DNA of 38,133 bases, from positions 1-38,133 of the forward strand of contig JYFJ02003758.1 of assembly GCA_000934665.2 (NCBI GenBank), written 5' to 3'. The notes under the pieces were generated by a model. It was not told the origin of the DNA and ran no database searches. It worked only from the letters and a program-made list of their open reading frames with translations. Source of the stretch: Catajapyx aquilonaris (Eukaryota). Shown here piece after piece: positions 1-13,158 of the stretch. The translations under genes and the position numbers were made by a program. Every line of letters begins with the position of its first letter. The first letter of the stretch is position 1.

Positions 1-146
1 GGGCGCGCGCGTTACCGCGGCGCCACTCCGTCTCCCCGATATTAGGCTGGAAAATATTTAACGTCACCCTGTAGCTCCCGCACTACTACTGTGCGACGGT
101 CTCCACCGTGTCTCAAACAGTTATATGACAACGGAAATGTGGTTAC

Positions 147-195
147 CTGACAGTACCGCAACAATCAGAACATAACAAGGAACAGTGATGTTCAT
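147..195 (-). CDS. Candidate signal-peptide-coding exon (MNITVPCYVLIVAVLS, phase-1 donor) of a neighbouring gene running off the left edge
   Basis: ATG at 195, short hydrophobic stretch, donor CAG|GTAACC at 147/146, possible acceptor TTCCAG at 419-424. No downstream exon is visible in the window. Confidence 0.3.
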
Positions 196-1431
196 GACAA
201 CGATCAACAATTATTGGAAGAGACATTACAGTGCTAATGCTTCCAACGAAGCTAGCAACGAACTGATACTGATAGTTGGGAACCAATATTGCAAGTTGTA
301 GTGGTCCGCATTGCCGCTGGTCAGGACAGGGATGTACCAAGGTAGTTAACGGAGTCTCAGAAAGAACATGCACACACACCATTCTTTCGTCTCTTTCAAT
401 GGTTTATTCCAAATCCATCTGGAATCAGAATCCGTGCAAAGCTTTTTTTCAGTTCACCAAAAATGTGAAAGCCACAGGGTGACAGGTCAGTATACTACAG
501 TCGAGGGTTGGTTATTATGACTTCCAGTTTATGCATGTGATCTTTGATAGTTTTTGCTCTATGGGAACGGGCATCATCATGGCATTATCACATGCAAGAA
601 TTGCACTTGGACATGCCTTCGGTGGGTCATTTCCCTTTCGATCAAGTGATGCGACACCTGCTTCCCCAAGCCGCACATGCACATGAATGTAACTTTCTTT
701 AAATATTTAACCACATGGCTTCCTGAGAAAAACCAGAACCTACCAGAGCAATAGCAATGTAGTTAATCAGTAGAAAAAGGGTTATTGCAATTATTGGAAA
801 CCTACAAAAGTAGACCAAAATGTAATTTTTAGCGAGTTTTGAATGAATGAACCCCCAATGCTCCCATGAATTATAGCAATGCCAACTGCTCCTGATTGTT
901 GGCAACAGTAAACACAACAATGGCAAGTATAAAACCTACCCTTCAAGGCCTGTAGGAGTCAGCAGATTGTGATAATCACAACAGAAATTCCAACTCAACA
1001 AGAAGAGAACAGCGGCCATTACTGTTTGGCCAGGAAAAGTGCAGCAGTTATTCGATGTGAAATAAGCTATAAGCAGTCCTCTTAAGGCGGGTGGTATGAA
1101 TAGGGTCGAATGGGGACAAAATCCTCCCTTAGAGAACTTATTACTTCTGTACAGGAGAAAATATATTAGTGCAATTGGTTCCAAGTAAAATAAAATAAAT
1201 GATATAAATTGGGGGAATAAATCGTGGTTTAATTCATCCTTTTCAGCAAATGATTACAGAAGTCATGCAATTTCAATTCCTTCTCATGTGAAATACACGT
1301 CTGTTCACATTTTACATGCTACTCATTCCTTCCTGTAATGAACACATTTTAAGTTATTTCCTGCAAGCCAAGTAATGTGACATGCTTATAAACAGTGCGA
1401 CAGCACATCCTACAGTATAAAAACTACAATG

Positions 1432-1604
1432 ATTTATCAGGCCTGTACTGTATTATCAGGTCCAAACTGTATTTATCAGGTCCAAACTGTATTTATCAGG
1501 TCCAAACTGTATTTATCAGGTCCAAACTGTATTTATCAGGTCCATACTGTATTTATCAGGTCCAAATTGTATTTATCAGGTCCATACTGTATTATCAGGT
1601 CCAT
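1432..1604. repeat. Minisatellite, 20-bp unit ATTTATCAGGTCCAAACTGT, about 9 copies
   Basis: Directly visible tandem units with degenerate outer copies. It explains the repetitive ORFs 1395..1634 and 1429..1674. Confidence 0.95.
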
Positions 1605-1659
1605 TGTTTTGAGCAATTCAGATCACAGCAATGAACACAACACTGTCATTCAAATATTA

Positions 1660-1984
1660 GGGTCATTCAGATGAAAATGAGCCATGGTCCGGATGGGTTT
1701 GCCGTGACACATTATACACAAAACGAAAACCATGTCGGTGTAGAATTATGACACATTGACATTTGGTCATTCAATCACTCGACACAGTCACAGTGTGTCT
1801 TTGTTCAGGTCCCCCCCCCATTCAAAAAGACCATCCAGTCAGATATGGAAGCAACGAATGTTGAGCAGCCAGCGGTAATTCGTTTATTTAACCGAACACC
1901 GGTACAACCTTCGTTTTGTGTATAAGATGTCATGACAAACCCATCCGACTATATGACCGTGGCTCGTTTTCATCTGAATGACCC
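1660..1984. mobile_element. MITE-like element with imperfect ~80-bp terminal inverted repeats, flanked by TA
   Basis: Left end ta|GGGTCATTCAGATGAAAATGAGCCATGGTC..GGATGGGTTTG..TTATACACAAAACGAA mirrors right end TTCGTTTTGTGTATAA..CAAACCCATCCG..GACCGTGGCTCGTTTTCATCTGAATGACCC|ta. Confidence 0.8.
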
Positions 1985-2697
1985 TAATAGTCAGAGAGTT
2001 ACATGACTGTTATGAAGGACAGGTGCTATAAAATATAATAAATTCCATCATAAAGATGGCATCATGGATCAAGAAACACTAAGGGAGAGTACCAATAAGT
2101 CAATCTAAGATCAGATCATACATTCGTTACAATATTTTATAAAAGCCAAGGTGGCAAAGTTTTGCATGGCTGCCATTACTTAACTACAACCATACGATAT
2201 AGAGTAAATCCTGCAAATTATGTGTCCTAAATCCGTTAACATATTTCATGCCACATGAGCATTTTAATGACAGCCATTGAATGCCGCATGATCTGATATG
2301 ATCCACTAAACAAAGCGTGCTCTTCTTGCCATTTGGTACCCTTCAGGCTACTCAGGTACGTATTGTAACAATCTTACAGGCCTAACAGGTACCTGTCACT
2401 ACAATATTGAGCAAATGGTGGTTACACACAAGTTTGTAGTTTAAAAAGTCTAGGCACACAATGTCTGATTTCCATGCGGTATGCATCTCAAAATAATCCT
2501 AGCAGAGTAAAATTCCATTCAAGATTAGAAGTGCTGAGAAAATTAAGTGCTTGCACCATGTGTGGCACTTTGGCATTAAAATGACGTAGAGTAAAACTGA
2601 TATTAAATCCTTCACAATTTGAGACACTACGTTAGTGCACATGCAAGATTGTCGCAACACCCATTTCTCTCCGACCACAGTCCAGATATCTTGGTCA

Positions 2698-4967
2698 TTA
2701 GTGAGTTCCTTGCACAAATCCCAGTTGGAGAGCATCATTTGGGACAAGACGCTCTGCCTGCAATGGAGAGTTCACTGTCATTATCTCTTGTGCATATTAT
2801 GTTACTCAATGAAAGACGTATGAAAACAAGAGAGGTCACTTACCGGATCCATTTTCAAGCAGCCAAACAAGAACTCAGCAAATGCCTCGTCAGTGAGATC
2901 AGATTGCTTGCAGATCTTGACTTGGTAGAGGATGTCGTTGATGTCCCAAGCAGCTGCAATATGTGTCTGAAAATGAAAAAAAAATTCATTTGCCATAATG
3001 CTAATTTCCCCATGACATATCGTCTCAGGAGCATAAAAATATTCTTCATACAAGTGAAGAAATTCATCATAAAAGATTTGCAAGAGTATGGTGAAACAAT
3101 GAATCAAATTGTGTGATATGTATATTAAAATGAAATGTCACTCAAATATAAGTGGCAGCCAGTCTTAATTTTCAAAAATAGGGTCTATTCCCCTAATTTT
3201 ACATATGTTTTACCACACATTTAAAAAACTAACACTGGACAACAACTTTCAACTGTCATGTGTGAACATGGTTTCTTATGCAGGCGTATTACACTGCTCG
3301 TTATTCCTCATAATTACCAGATGAGCTAGAGAAATTTTTTTGTGCAAATATTATCAACATTACAGAATTCAAATATACTGGTATGTACGGCTATAGATGC
3401 AAAAAAAAAAAGTAATTTACATTGGTTGACCAGATTAATAAAAAAAAGTATTGGATTTATAAAGTTGAAGTAGGATAAATATGCAAAAACAGATATGAAA
3501 ACTCACCTTAATTTCATAGGACCCAGTGGAATGCTTATTGTAGTACTTGGCAGTGTGCTTGCCACCATCAAGAACTGCATTTGGGATGTCCCCTAACAGC
3601 TTTGTCCACACCTGAAGAGTCAGCAGCCGCTCATGGGCTTTGAAAAGTTGACATCCAAGACCAAAGTACATTGAGCCGCATATGGTCCCCACACCCCACA
3701 TGTCTATTGCCTCATCAAAAGGGGCCCCTGTAAAAAAGAACATGTTAATAGACGAAAACTTATGGAATATGAAGAGTCATATCTAGAAACACGCTGTCAG
3801 TACATGAAAGGTCTGGAATTAGGATGCAATGAGCTCTAGTCCCAGACTTGCATCATAAATTAAATTAAGAGCATCATATTCACATATTCAGGAACACGTT
3901 ACTATTAATAGGTGAAAAAAACCAACTATGACTGGCAGAGCAGTAACAATAAAATCTAAGACAGATTGAAAGTCAATCCAATGGCCTATGCTGGTGAACG
4001 ACTGATAAAGTGCATCCTGCGTGCACAAGAAGTGAGTACACTCTCTCACACACAACTTACCAACAAAAATCTCCGGGGCACGATGGGGAACTGGTTGGAT
4101 ATCACGACCCTGGTACTGAGCGGCATCTGTTGTAAAGAAGGTCCACCCAAAATCTGCCAACTTGATCCTCCATGTCTCTCTGCTGGGATCCACAAGGATA
4201 TTATCCAACTTGAGGTCTGCATGAATCAAACGTCGGTCCTGAGAAATTAAAAAAAAAAAAAACATTCTTTAGAAACATTATTGTGTGGTGTGTTCAGCTG
4301 TAAACTGGGCCAACTAATGGAATTCTCATCTAGCACTCATATTATGTTATCTGGCTTTTTATGACTTCATTATTGCTTTTCACAAATGGTACTATGGAAT
4401 AGTATACTGACACTAATCATTATTAGCATTTGAGATTCATTAAAGAGGTGGACTTACCTTCAAGTGGCTAAGTGCAACAAGGATCTGCTTGGCAATGTTG
4501 GATGTCTGGGCACGTGAGAACCGCCTGAAAGGCTGGCTGTTGAGATGCTTGTCAAGATCCGTTGGCATTGATTCCAGAAGAATGCAGTAGAGCCCTCGAT
4601 GGATGAAAGTGTCAATGAGCTTGATGATGTTGTGTTTTTCAGCAAGATCTTCAGTTTCTTCTTCACTTGAATCAGCAGAACCTTGCCCTTCTGAGGTGGA
4701 ACCCAAGGTGGGACCATTCACCAGATGCTCTATCACACTGGCAGATGTTTGCAAATAATCCAGGGTGTAACTCTCCTTCATGACTCGGTCTAAATCAGCT
4801 TGCACTTTCACGACGGCCTTCGTGCGCATGTCCACCGACCCATTAGCATATCTAATGCAGCGGTAGGCAACCCCAAACCTTCCTTTTCCCAGCTCTCCCC
4901 GCACGACATACATTTCTCCTTGCACGGTTCGGACAACATCTCCAACTGAGAGTTCACAGCTTGGACT
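2698..4967 (-). CDS. K1: HIPK-like (CMGC/DYRK group) Ser/Thr kinase, kinase-domain-only
   Basis: Exons 4967-4458, 4238-4061, 3727-3507, 2966-2844, 2757-2698; all GT-AG and joined in frame to TAA. Motifs GKGRFG, AVVK, HADLKLDN, DFG, RAPE, GAPFDEAIDMWGVG, MDP..R. Start uncertain; an in-exon ATG at 4913 keeps the whole domain. Confidence 0.9.
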
Positions 4968-7629
4968 CTGAAAGTGAAAATGACACTATATTAGACGACA
5001 AATTAAATTGCTCCACTAGATCCCTTAGCATATTAATTTCTCTAATTATCGAGAAAACAGGTGATTGATGAGGCCTACACGCTCATTATTACCAAATAAT
5101 ACAGGCGAGGTGGCATTTGACTTTACCTTTTATACACCCATTTTGAAAATTGCAGTTCAAAATGAATCTTAGCAAATTGGAATGGTATCCACTCTAACTA
5201 TAATCATGATTGTTCAATTCAGCGCTCACTGTCACCTCTTGTATGAACTTTTGACAATCGGCATCTGCTCATCTGCTTTGGGCAATATGCCTACAGGTGG
5301 GGTTATCATTGCCATGTGCCACCTCCACAAATGAAACACATTATGATCACTTTTTCCATCACCTCCAGAGCCATAGTTATTATGATTCTATTGTACCTAT
5401 AGTATTAATAATATTTAAACCATTCTTAGTATTGCCCAATTAAAATAATAATTGCATTATTATGAACAGGAACACATTAATTTTGAAAGAAATTACTGAA
5501 TGTGTGTCAACAAGCTTGTTTGAATGAGAGTTTTGGAGCAAATTGAAGCCTTTTTAGAGTGAGCAAAAAGTCAATGTACAAAGGAGATTCAATAATATTG
5601 GCTTCTCACTTTCATTCTTTCACTATGACTCATTATTCTCAGTACTTGGGAACACACTTGTTTGTTAATTTCAGTACCTTACTATTTTTCCACAGAACTA
5701 AAATATCCATATTTTCCAGCTATGAGCCCGTTCCAACACCAGTTAGTCAGTAGAAAGCACCACCATTAATTCCAGAACTCTCTCTTTTGCTCTAATTGAT
5801 AAGTTGTAATTTTGCAAACAATTATTATAAAAATTGTAAATTACAATTGAAAATACACCATTAACAAAACTGCAAAAAAAAAGGCAACTACATAAACTTT
5901 ATGAGCTGGCACACAATTACCATACTGAAAATGTGTTCACATTTGCCAGCCAATAATGTCAAGCCTGGTTTGCTTCCCAACCAAGTAGCTGCTGACTTTT
6001 ATCATTAGAGAATGTAGTACGTAACACTCAAATAGTGTATTATTAAATGTGGCCTTCTAGATATTTTCTGCTACCATTACCTCAAACAGCTTTGCGGAAC
6101 TCTTAGGATAGGCCTGCAGAACTACAATGAATGGGAGTGAATGTCATGAAACAATTTTACCTACTTGGAATATTTTTTTTAAATAGTGGAGCGAAATGCT
6201 TAAGACATAAATTAAAACCGATAAAAATTTTTATGCAGAAAGCCACCTGGACTACCAGTTGATCAAATTAATTTCATTGCTCCTGAAAACAAAAGAAAAA
6301 TCCTTGCTTCCCTCCTCATTTCCAATAGTCATTTTTTCTATGGAATGAGAAATATTATGTTTGCTAATCATTTACTCAGACCCTAAATTGTGATGAATTT
6401 CCAACCTGAAAACCATTTTTACCTATTATTACCTGAAGTAAATAGTTTGACATTTTTAAAAGGCCTGCTTCAAAAAAGTGTATAATTTTTTTTACCCAAT
6501 ATAAGCAACTAATATTTCGAAATAACACCGAAAAGTCACCATTAAAATAGCAGCTTATCAATTTGGCAAAAAAAAAAATCTGATCCGCCTGTTTTTACAC
6601 GAATTATTTCGATGCAGGCTGTAGCACATGATCAAAACGCTTATTCTGGCCACCAATATCTCAAGTACACATTACAGCCGTAAATAAGCCAAATATATAT
6701 ATATTTTTAAAAAAACGATGTTCATTTTTGACAGAAAGATAGTAAAATTAAAATATGGACATCCATTTTGGCTTCTTTTTTTTTCGCTCCCTAGAAACCT
6801 GATTATGATCATCGTAACAGCCATTAAATTGGATCCCAAACCATCACAATTCTGGTTCTGATAATGCGCCCACGACGAACTAACAGGCCTGTACGAAAAT
6901 AATACGCGAAAAAGTGCAAGAATTTCTTGCAACCAGTGAAACAACGACCTCGTAATTGCACCCAAAAATATAAACTTGGCGACGTAAGTGTTCCCTATTC
7001 CAGATTACTCGATCCTGATTGAGTAACTTGGACCCAGCCTACATCTGAAGTCCCGATTAATTACCTGTTGAGCAACCGCCTTTGGCATATCCAGATGTCC
7101 ACTCGGGATGCGCAGTCTTGATGAAGAGTGGACAGTACCAGACATGATGATGGCTGCTTTGTTGACTCGGTAAAAGAAATATATAATGCTATCTTGACCA
7201 GTACAATAGAGGTGGTGATGAATAATGCGTGGATGAGAGGGAAACTGGTTGGGTCTGACCAACTCTCCTCCAGTAATAGCAGGTATGCTTCAAGACAATG
7301 AGTAAGCTGTGGTACTGGAAGGTGGGAGGGATTTTAGGGGACAGCAGGGGGTGGGATTGGCGTCCAAAAACCGGGTTGAGGATTTTTCTGCACCAGGCAC
7401 CAAAATATTGGTAATCCCCATGACCTTTTCCTGGAGGGTTTTCGAAGCGTCATCCTGGGAGGAGGCATGCCACTGCTGTGGTGCCAAAGATATCATCACA
7501 TGTTGCTCTTTAATTATGCGCCACTCATTGCCTTTTCCGAATTGTAGTTTTATTAACTGTTGGTGGAGCTGAGGAAACTATATTAAGGTTTGGAAATACG
7601 GAAAATGTAGGCCTTTTTTTTTTTTACAG

Positions 7630-7700
7630 TGGACGACCCCAGAGAAAACCCGCTCGAATACACAGAGAGAGCCAATTGAAGTTCAACCCAGAGCCCACAT
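7630..7700 (-). repeat. Possible degenerate SINE fragment
   Basis: CCAGAGAAAACCC..GAGAGCCAATTGAAGTTCAACCCA..CCCACAT resembles, from memory only, the reverse strand of invertebrate tRNA-SINE core regions. No A/B boxes or TSD seen. Confidence 0.25.
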
Positions 7701-9620
7701 CATCTTAAAAACTTTGGGCTTAGCGCAAAACAGTTCAGTCAACTATTTATATAGACAATGAGGATTGAAGCAAGTTGCAACTTTCGAAGTAAACTTCTTT
7801 CCCTAGGATTTTTCTTCTTCTTTTCTGGTAACTTGACATGACCCGAGTGGCCCCCCAACCCAAGCTAAGAACCAGTTTCTCAAGGCCACCTACAAATACC
7901 TTATCTGAGTCACAGTCTCACCCCTACCTACTGACCGGATGACCTTGCATACTTTTGGCAGGATGCAGGAGTGGGGAAGGGGAGAAAAGGGTTGGTTATG
8001 AGCTTTAGAAAAGTAAAAGAAATCCCTTTTCTCTTATGTGTGAAAAGGGTTTGAATGTTGGGATTTTGCTATTTATTCCAACCTGACAGAGCCATAATAA
8101 GTACCGAATCCTATAAAAAGTGTTCAAAATGAAATTAATAACCTCTGACAAAATCATCAGATTATGATTGGGCCTCGCTGAGTCACATACTTGAGATGGT
8201 CTTTTTCATGGCTGAGTTAGAGCAACTTCTGCTCAGGATTTTCTTGTGGAAGAAAAATTGTTAACCCTGCAAATCTTTCAGAAAAATGTATCTAATGGTG
8301 CCTTGTTACACAGAATTGTACTGTTGGGGTCACAAAATCAAAATTTTTGACCTCTCAATTTTTGCTTAATTATTTCAAATGTTTTATGGCATCTTTTATG
8401 AATCGCTGAACCATTTGGATTCGAATGACATGAACCATTGTGATAGAACTAATAGCTACCAAGATATGAACTCTATAATATATAGCGACTTGTTTTTTCC
8501 TACCATTTATATACCATTTTTGACCTCAATTATGACCTGTTCATCACAGGCTCCTGAAAATCCTACCAATTTTCAGACAAATCAAAAAATGTATGGTGAC
8601 ATTCTGGGAAATAATTTTGTTCAACTCTACTGTACTTACCCTACTCTTCACTTGAGCCTTACAATTAGAATACATATAGTTGATAACCAGCATAACTTAA
8701 AATACTGTCATTACCAGAAATGACATTTTCTGATGAGTATTTGATTACACCTGGCATAGCAAATATTATGTTATGAAATTAAGGGCAGTTAATTAATATC
8801 ACTTTAAATGATTAGATTAAGACAATGTCAGGGTAAAATAAATGTCATGTTGCAAATTTGTAATGTCACGGATTAATTAGTGCCGTAAAATTACATGATT
8901 ATGAAATGTAACGATATTGTCGGCCGGCAAAGTGGCTGTTGCCGCAGGCTGACCAAGGCAAAATAAACAAACCTTAAAATGAAAGGAAAAGGGTTGACAC
9001 ATAGCAGGCCCTTTAAATTTTCCAACCCCCACTTCCAACTCCCTGAATTTAATATCACAACATAAATTCCTGCAGAAGAAGGGATATTGTTGAAAGGACA
9101 GGGGTGTCATGTGGCTTCCACTGCGTTATGGAGCCAATGCGAAATAAAATATTCCAACGTAGCTTGAAAAACAGTACATTTTTATGAAAAATCTAGCACT
9201 ACAGAGTGCGCCATAGCTAAAAATAAAATATCCCACAGACAATGTGAGCATTGCAGTTATATTCAAACACATTGTAATGCATCACACATCAACATGGAAT
9301 CTCACAGATGAGCCGAGCATATGACATCACTCCAACAGAAATTGTATAAAAACTTTTGCTAAGGAGATATTGACTGTGCGCAAGGTACCACGTAACAGCT
9401 GAGTTTATCATGAATTACAGCATTTTCCGAGAGCTTCGGTGCATTACTAAATCAACATTTGAAACTTGGACCAAATAATACGCAACGTAATCAGCATTTC
9501 CTAAAATATTCTGAATAAAAGTTACAAAAGTTGCGCATCACACGTGATAAAATCATCAGCTGCAGTCTTTCTAAAACCACGATGCCTTTCTGGAAAGGTT
9601 TAATTGGCCTGCCTTAAGGA

Positions 9621-11072
9621 TCATTTTCTCACAAAGTCCATCAGCAAAGCTTCCTGTGGCACAATGCGACCTGACTGTATAAAAAGCAAGGTTAATATCA
9701 GTAACTTGAGACTGTTAAAAGTGTTGATACTCTCATTAAACTCACAGGGTCCATGTGCAAACACCTCGACAAAAAGGTAGATAATGATTGATTCCTTATG
9801 TCAAAACAGCTATGAATTCCACACTTGTCTTGAATCTCATGTGCTGCTTTAGCTACACCAGACCCTTTCTGCAGATGTAAAATGTTGCATTGTATCGCAT
9901 TCAAAGCAGTGTCAAGTGTAGCTATGTCTGCAGCCAAACCTTACCTTGAGCTTATACCGTCGGTCAGCAGTTAATGTAAAGAAGCTGCAGGTGTATAAGC
10001 CATCGTTAAGCACCCTCCTTGGGATGTTCCCAAAAAGGCGGATCCTGAGATGCATTATAATAAGAGGATCGGGCGGCATAAACATTTTCCATTGCACCCC
10101 AAATATCATTGTTGCACACAGGCAACCCAGTGACCAGATATCAATGGCTTCAGTCACAGTAGCACCTGACAAATACAAGGGGCATATTTATTTCCAGGCA
10201 ATATTCAGACGTTATTTCACCAAATTAGTATAATGCCAAGTAACATACCGAGGTAAACTTCCGGTGCCCTGTTTGGGACAGACTGAATGAGAGCACCTTT
10301 GAAATTGGCGGCATCTTTCTTGTAGAAGGACAGCCCAAAATCTGCCAGTTTGGTCTTCCACTTTGAACCGCATGGGTCTACCAGTACATTATGCAGCTTA
10401 ATATCTGCGTGAATAATACCTTGCACCTGTCAAAATTCAATGAATACTGATTACTTGTCTAATTGGTTGTAAAAGATGGACCAATTCCACCAAATTTTAG
10501 CAGCTAATACTTTACACAACCAGTAAATGACTGCTTAAAAATTTGCAGCTCATAGTGACCAAAAAATCAATATGTGCTACTTGACAATTCAGGTGGAAAT
10601 GAATCAATTGTTAATATTTTCCACTCAGCCTGCTTACCTTCAACCAATCTAATGCAATCAGCAACTGCCATGCCACAGTTGACGTCTGACCAAATGTTAA
10701 GCGTTGCCGGGGCTGCTTCTGAATAATCTTCCATAAATCAGTAGGCATCAGCTCAAGAACCATTAAATGTGTGTTCATAAGTTGAAAATGGTGCAGCATT
10801 TTAATAATATTCTTGTTGTCTTTTGACTCCTCATCCCCGTCTGCACACTGACTTCCCCCGCAATCACGTAGCGTTTGCATTATTTCCACCTCTCGTAGAT
10901 GACAAAGTTCCTGAACCTTGATTGCCACAAACCGTGACTGACCCTCACTGGATTCATTCAACCAGGCACATCTGTGCACTTCTCCGTACTTTCCTCTTCC
11001 GAGTAATTCCACAGCCAAAAACTCAGACCCATTAGGAGCACGTATAAAGTCAAGTTGAAGCAGCTGTGGTTG
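9621..11072 (-). CDS. K2: HIPK-like Ser/Thr kinase, kinase-domain-only; start codon unresolved
   Basis: Exons 11072 (or 11063)-10638, 10426-10249, 10165-9945, 9868-9746, 9674-9621, in frame to TGA. Motifs GRGKYG, VAIK, HADIKLHN, DFG, RAPE, EAIDIWSLGC. There is no Met before the Gly loop in the large exon, so an upstream coding exon is required. Confidence 0.85.
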
Positions 11073-12928
11073 CTAATTTGAGGCAAAAAAAAACAAACAC
11101 CTTATTATCAAGACGTGAACAAGGCACAGCAGGATCAAAACTGCTGCTGCCACAACTTGCACATTATATTTTGTGGTTGCATAAGCTCTAAAATAAGCAC
11201 ACTAAAGCATGAAGCATGTCCCAACACAAGCAAAGCATTACATTCATATCTAACCACTGCGATAGCAACATCCAGAGGTTGTGCTCAACATGCCATTTCC
11301 ACCGTGGTCATAAAGTGATCATAATATAACATATGTACAACAATTTCTCAGCCAATATCTATCCCAAACTTGTCATACTCTGCAAAGCAACCCATGCTCA
11401 TGCTAAATAAACTCTTAGAAAATTACTGTGCCTTATTTTCTTGTGCTGAATCATTTCGACTCTTTTTGTCCCCTTTTACAGTGGTCCAGTCCATCTCAGG
11501 TCACTTCAGGTCGGTGCTTTTGAAATGACTCCATGCAGCGTACCAGTACCGGCTGACCACGTGGTGACCTCCCAACACCTGCTCCTTCAGTAGTGTTACG
11601 TTGTACTGGACAGTCACTCGTTGGCAATGTACACACTACGCGGTATGGTCAGTTCACAGGTGCACACGTGCCGATGCATTGTCTCTTGCAGACGATGTCA
11701 GCCATGGCATGTTTACACGGTTCAGCCGCAGGCATGCTCATAAAATAAGAAGGATGTGATTGGCCAAGACGACCAGATACCCGAATTCTATTGGCTGACA
11801 CACGACCTTCACTTCATACTGGATGATGTAAACCCGAATTTCCCGCCCGAAGCAGTCTACCAGCTGTTCAACCATGTGACGATGCAGCAGCCTCCATTTT
11901 CAGCGATCCGACCTGCCTTTTACAGCTCATAAAACACTGCGAATAATTACACCCGGCCCTGCATTTTCGCAACATTTCCCTTGCATTGAAACATGTGGCT
12001 GATATCCAACTAGCAGCTGTGCCGTGACAGCAAATAGCTGCTGCGTTGATGTCAACCCCCACACGGCAAGCTTGCCAACTGTTGCTGCCAACCTGTGCTG
12101 ATCATGCAATGCGTTTTGTTCCGCAGTTTTTCGCATCTCCAGAGTGAAAAGTGTTGCTGTTTCGCGGCATACAGGTGAGAGAAACAGGTTGGTGGAATAT
12201 CCGTAGACATTGTCATGTCACGGTTGGATTAAAACGGAGGGGGTCAAAGGCTGTAGGACACTGGGAAGGAAGCTGCAGCTGCAGGAAGCAGTGTTGCCAC
12301 ATTTATTATATTATACAGTACTGTATACATGTTTTGTGCTTTCCATAATTATGCTTGTAATTATGCTGTGGGGTTGATCTAGTACAATCTGAAAAGTGGT
12401 TGCCAAACATATTCACAACTGGTGTACTCGCTGTTCCCGTTTCAGTGTTTTGTCATGGTGGCTCTACAGATGGGACAGACAAGTGGATGCAAGGCTGAGC
12501 TTCAGGAGACGCTTGTGGTGGGAGGTGCAGGATTCCATCATCCAGCTGGACCCATGTCCTGCCATGTGGTAAACATACCAATCCCTTGGAACGGTTTTCT
12601 TAAGCGCCACCGCCACCAACATGCCAAGGATAGGTCAAGATATCCACCCAACAGAAGGACAAAAAAATGGAATCCAATAAGAAGGCCGCACTACATGGCA
12701 GACATCGGATGTTATCAATTGAAGGTCAGGATTACACAGCAGTGATTTTTACAAAAAAAAAAAGTGGAATCATATGCATTTATAGTTAGGTCAAAAAAAA
12801 AAAAAGGTCTAGCATGTTATTGTTATTGTCTTGGGTGGTTTCAATGCCTGTGTCTTGGGTTGATCTGGTTAGCTATATGTCACTGTAGATCACAGGCTAC
12901 TTTCAGCAGGCTGTTTCAAGGCACTGCA

Positions 12929-13158
12929 CAAGGGGGTAGTCACTTCGGAGAGCCGGTGTACACCCTCACTGGTGAGCTGCGGAGAGCCGAGGGAAAACCA
13001 CGTCATATCATCAACCCCGCAGGATGTGACGTAGTTGGCTCTCCGAAGCTCTCTGCGGCATCAGTGAGCCCATAAGACCGTGGGTGAGCCTGCTGGTGAG
13101 CCAGAGGAGAGCCACGGAGAGCCACTGTACACTTTTTTGAGGAGTGACTACCCCCTTG
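12929..13158. mobile_element. 230-bp non-autonomous TIR element, possibly hAT-like
   Basis: TIRs CAAGGGGGTAGTCACTTC / GGAGTGACTACCCCCTTG (17/18 match), internal GGAGAGCC motifs in both orientations, flanks GCACTGCA / GCACTTAT (5/8 identical, possible decayed 8-bp TSD). Confidence 0.65.

Noticed and set aside
1395..1674. Repetitive ORFs and a CRISPR-like appearance
   Set aside because: Contiguous 20-bp tandem units with no unique spacers, in eukaryotic context; the ORFs are minisatellite translations.
2619..3116. 165-aa plus-strand ORF
   Set aside because: Antisense to the last K1 exons, non-ATG start, no recognisable domain.
7005..7572. GC-richer stretch with short ORFs, possible retroelement remnant
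   Set aside because: No RT, endonuclease or integrase motif I can identify; needs blastx or Dfam.
8779..9617. Possible TTAA-flanked (Kolobok-like) element
   Set aside because: The putative TIRs match weakly, and TTAA is common in AT-rich DNA.
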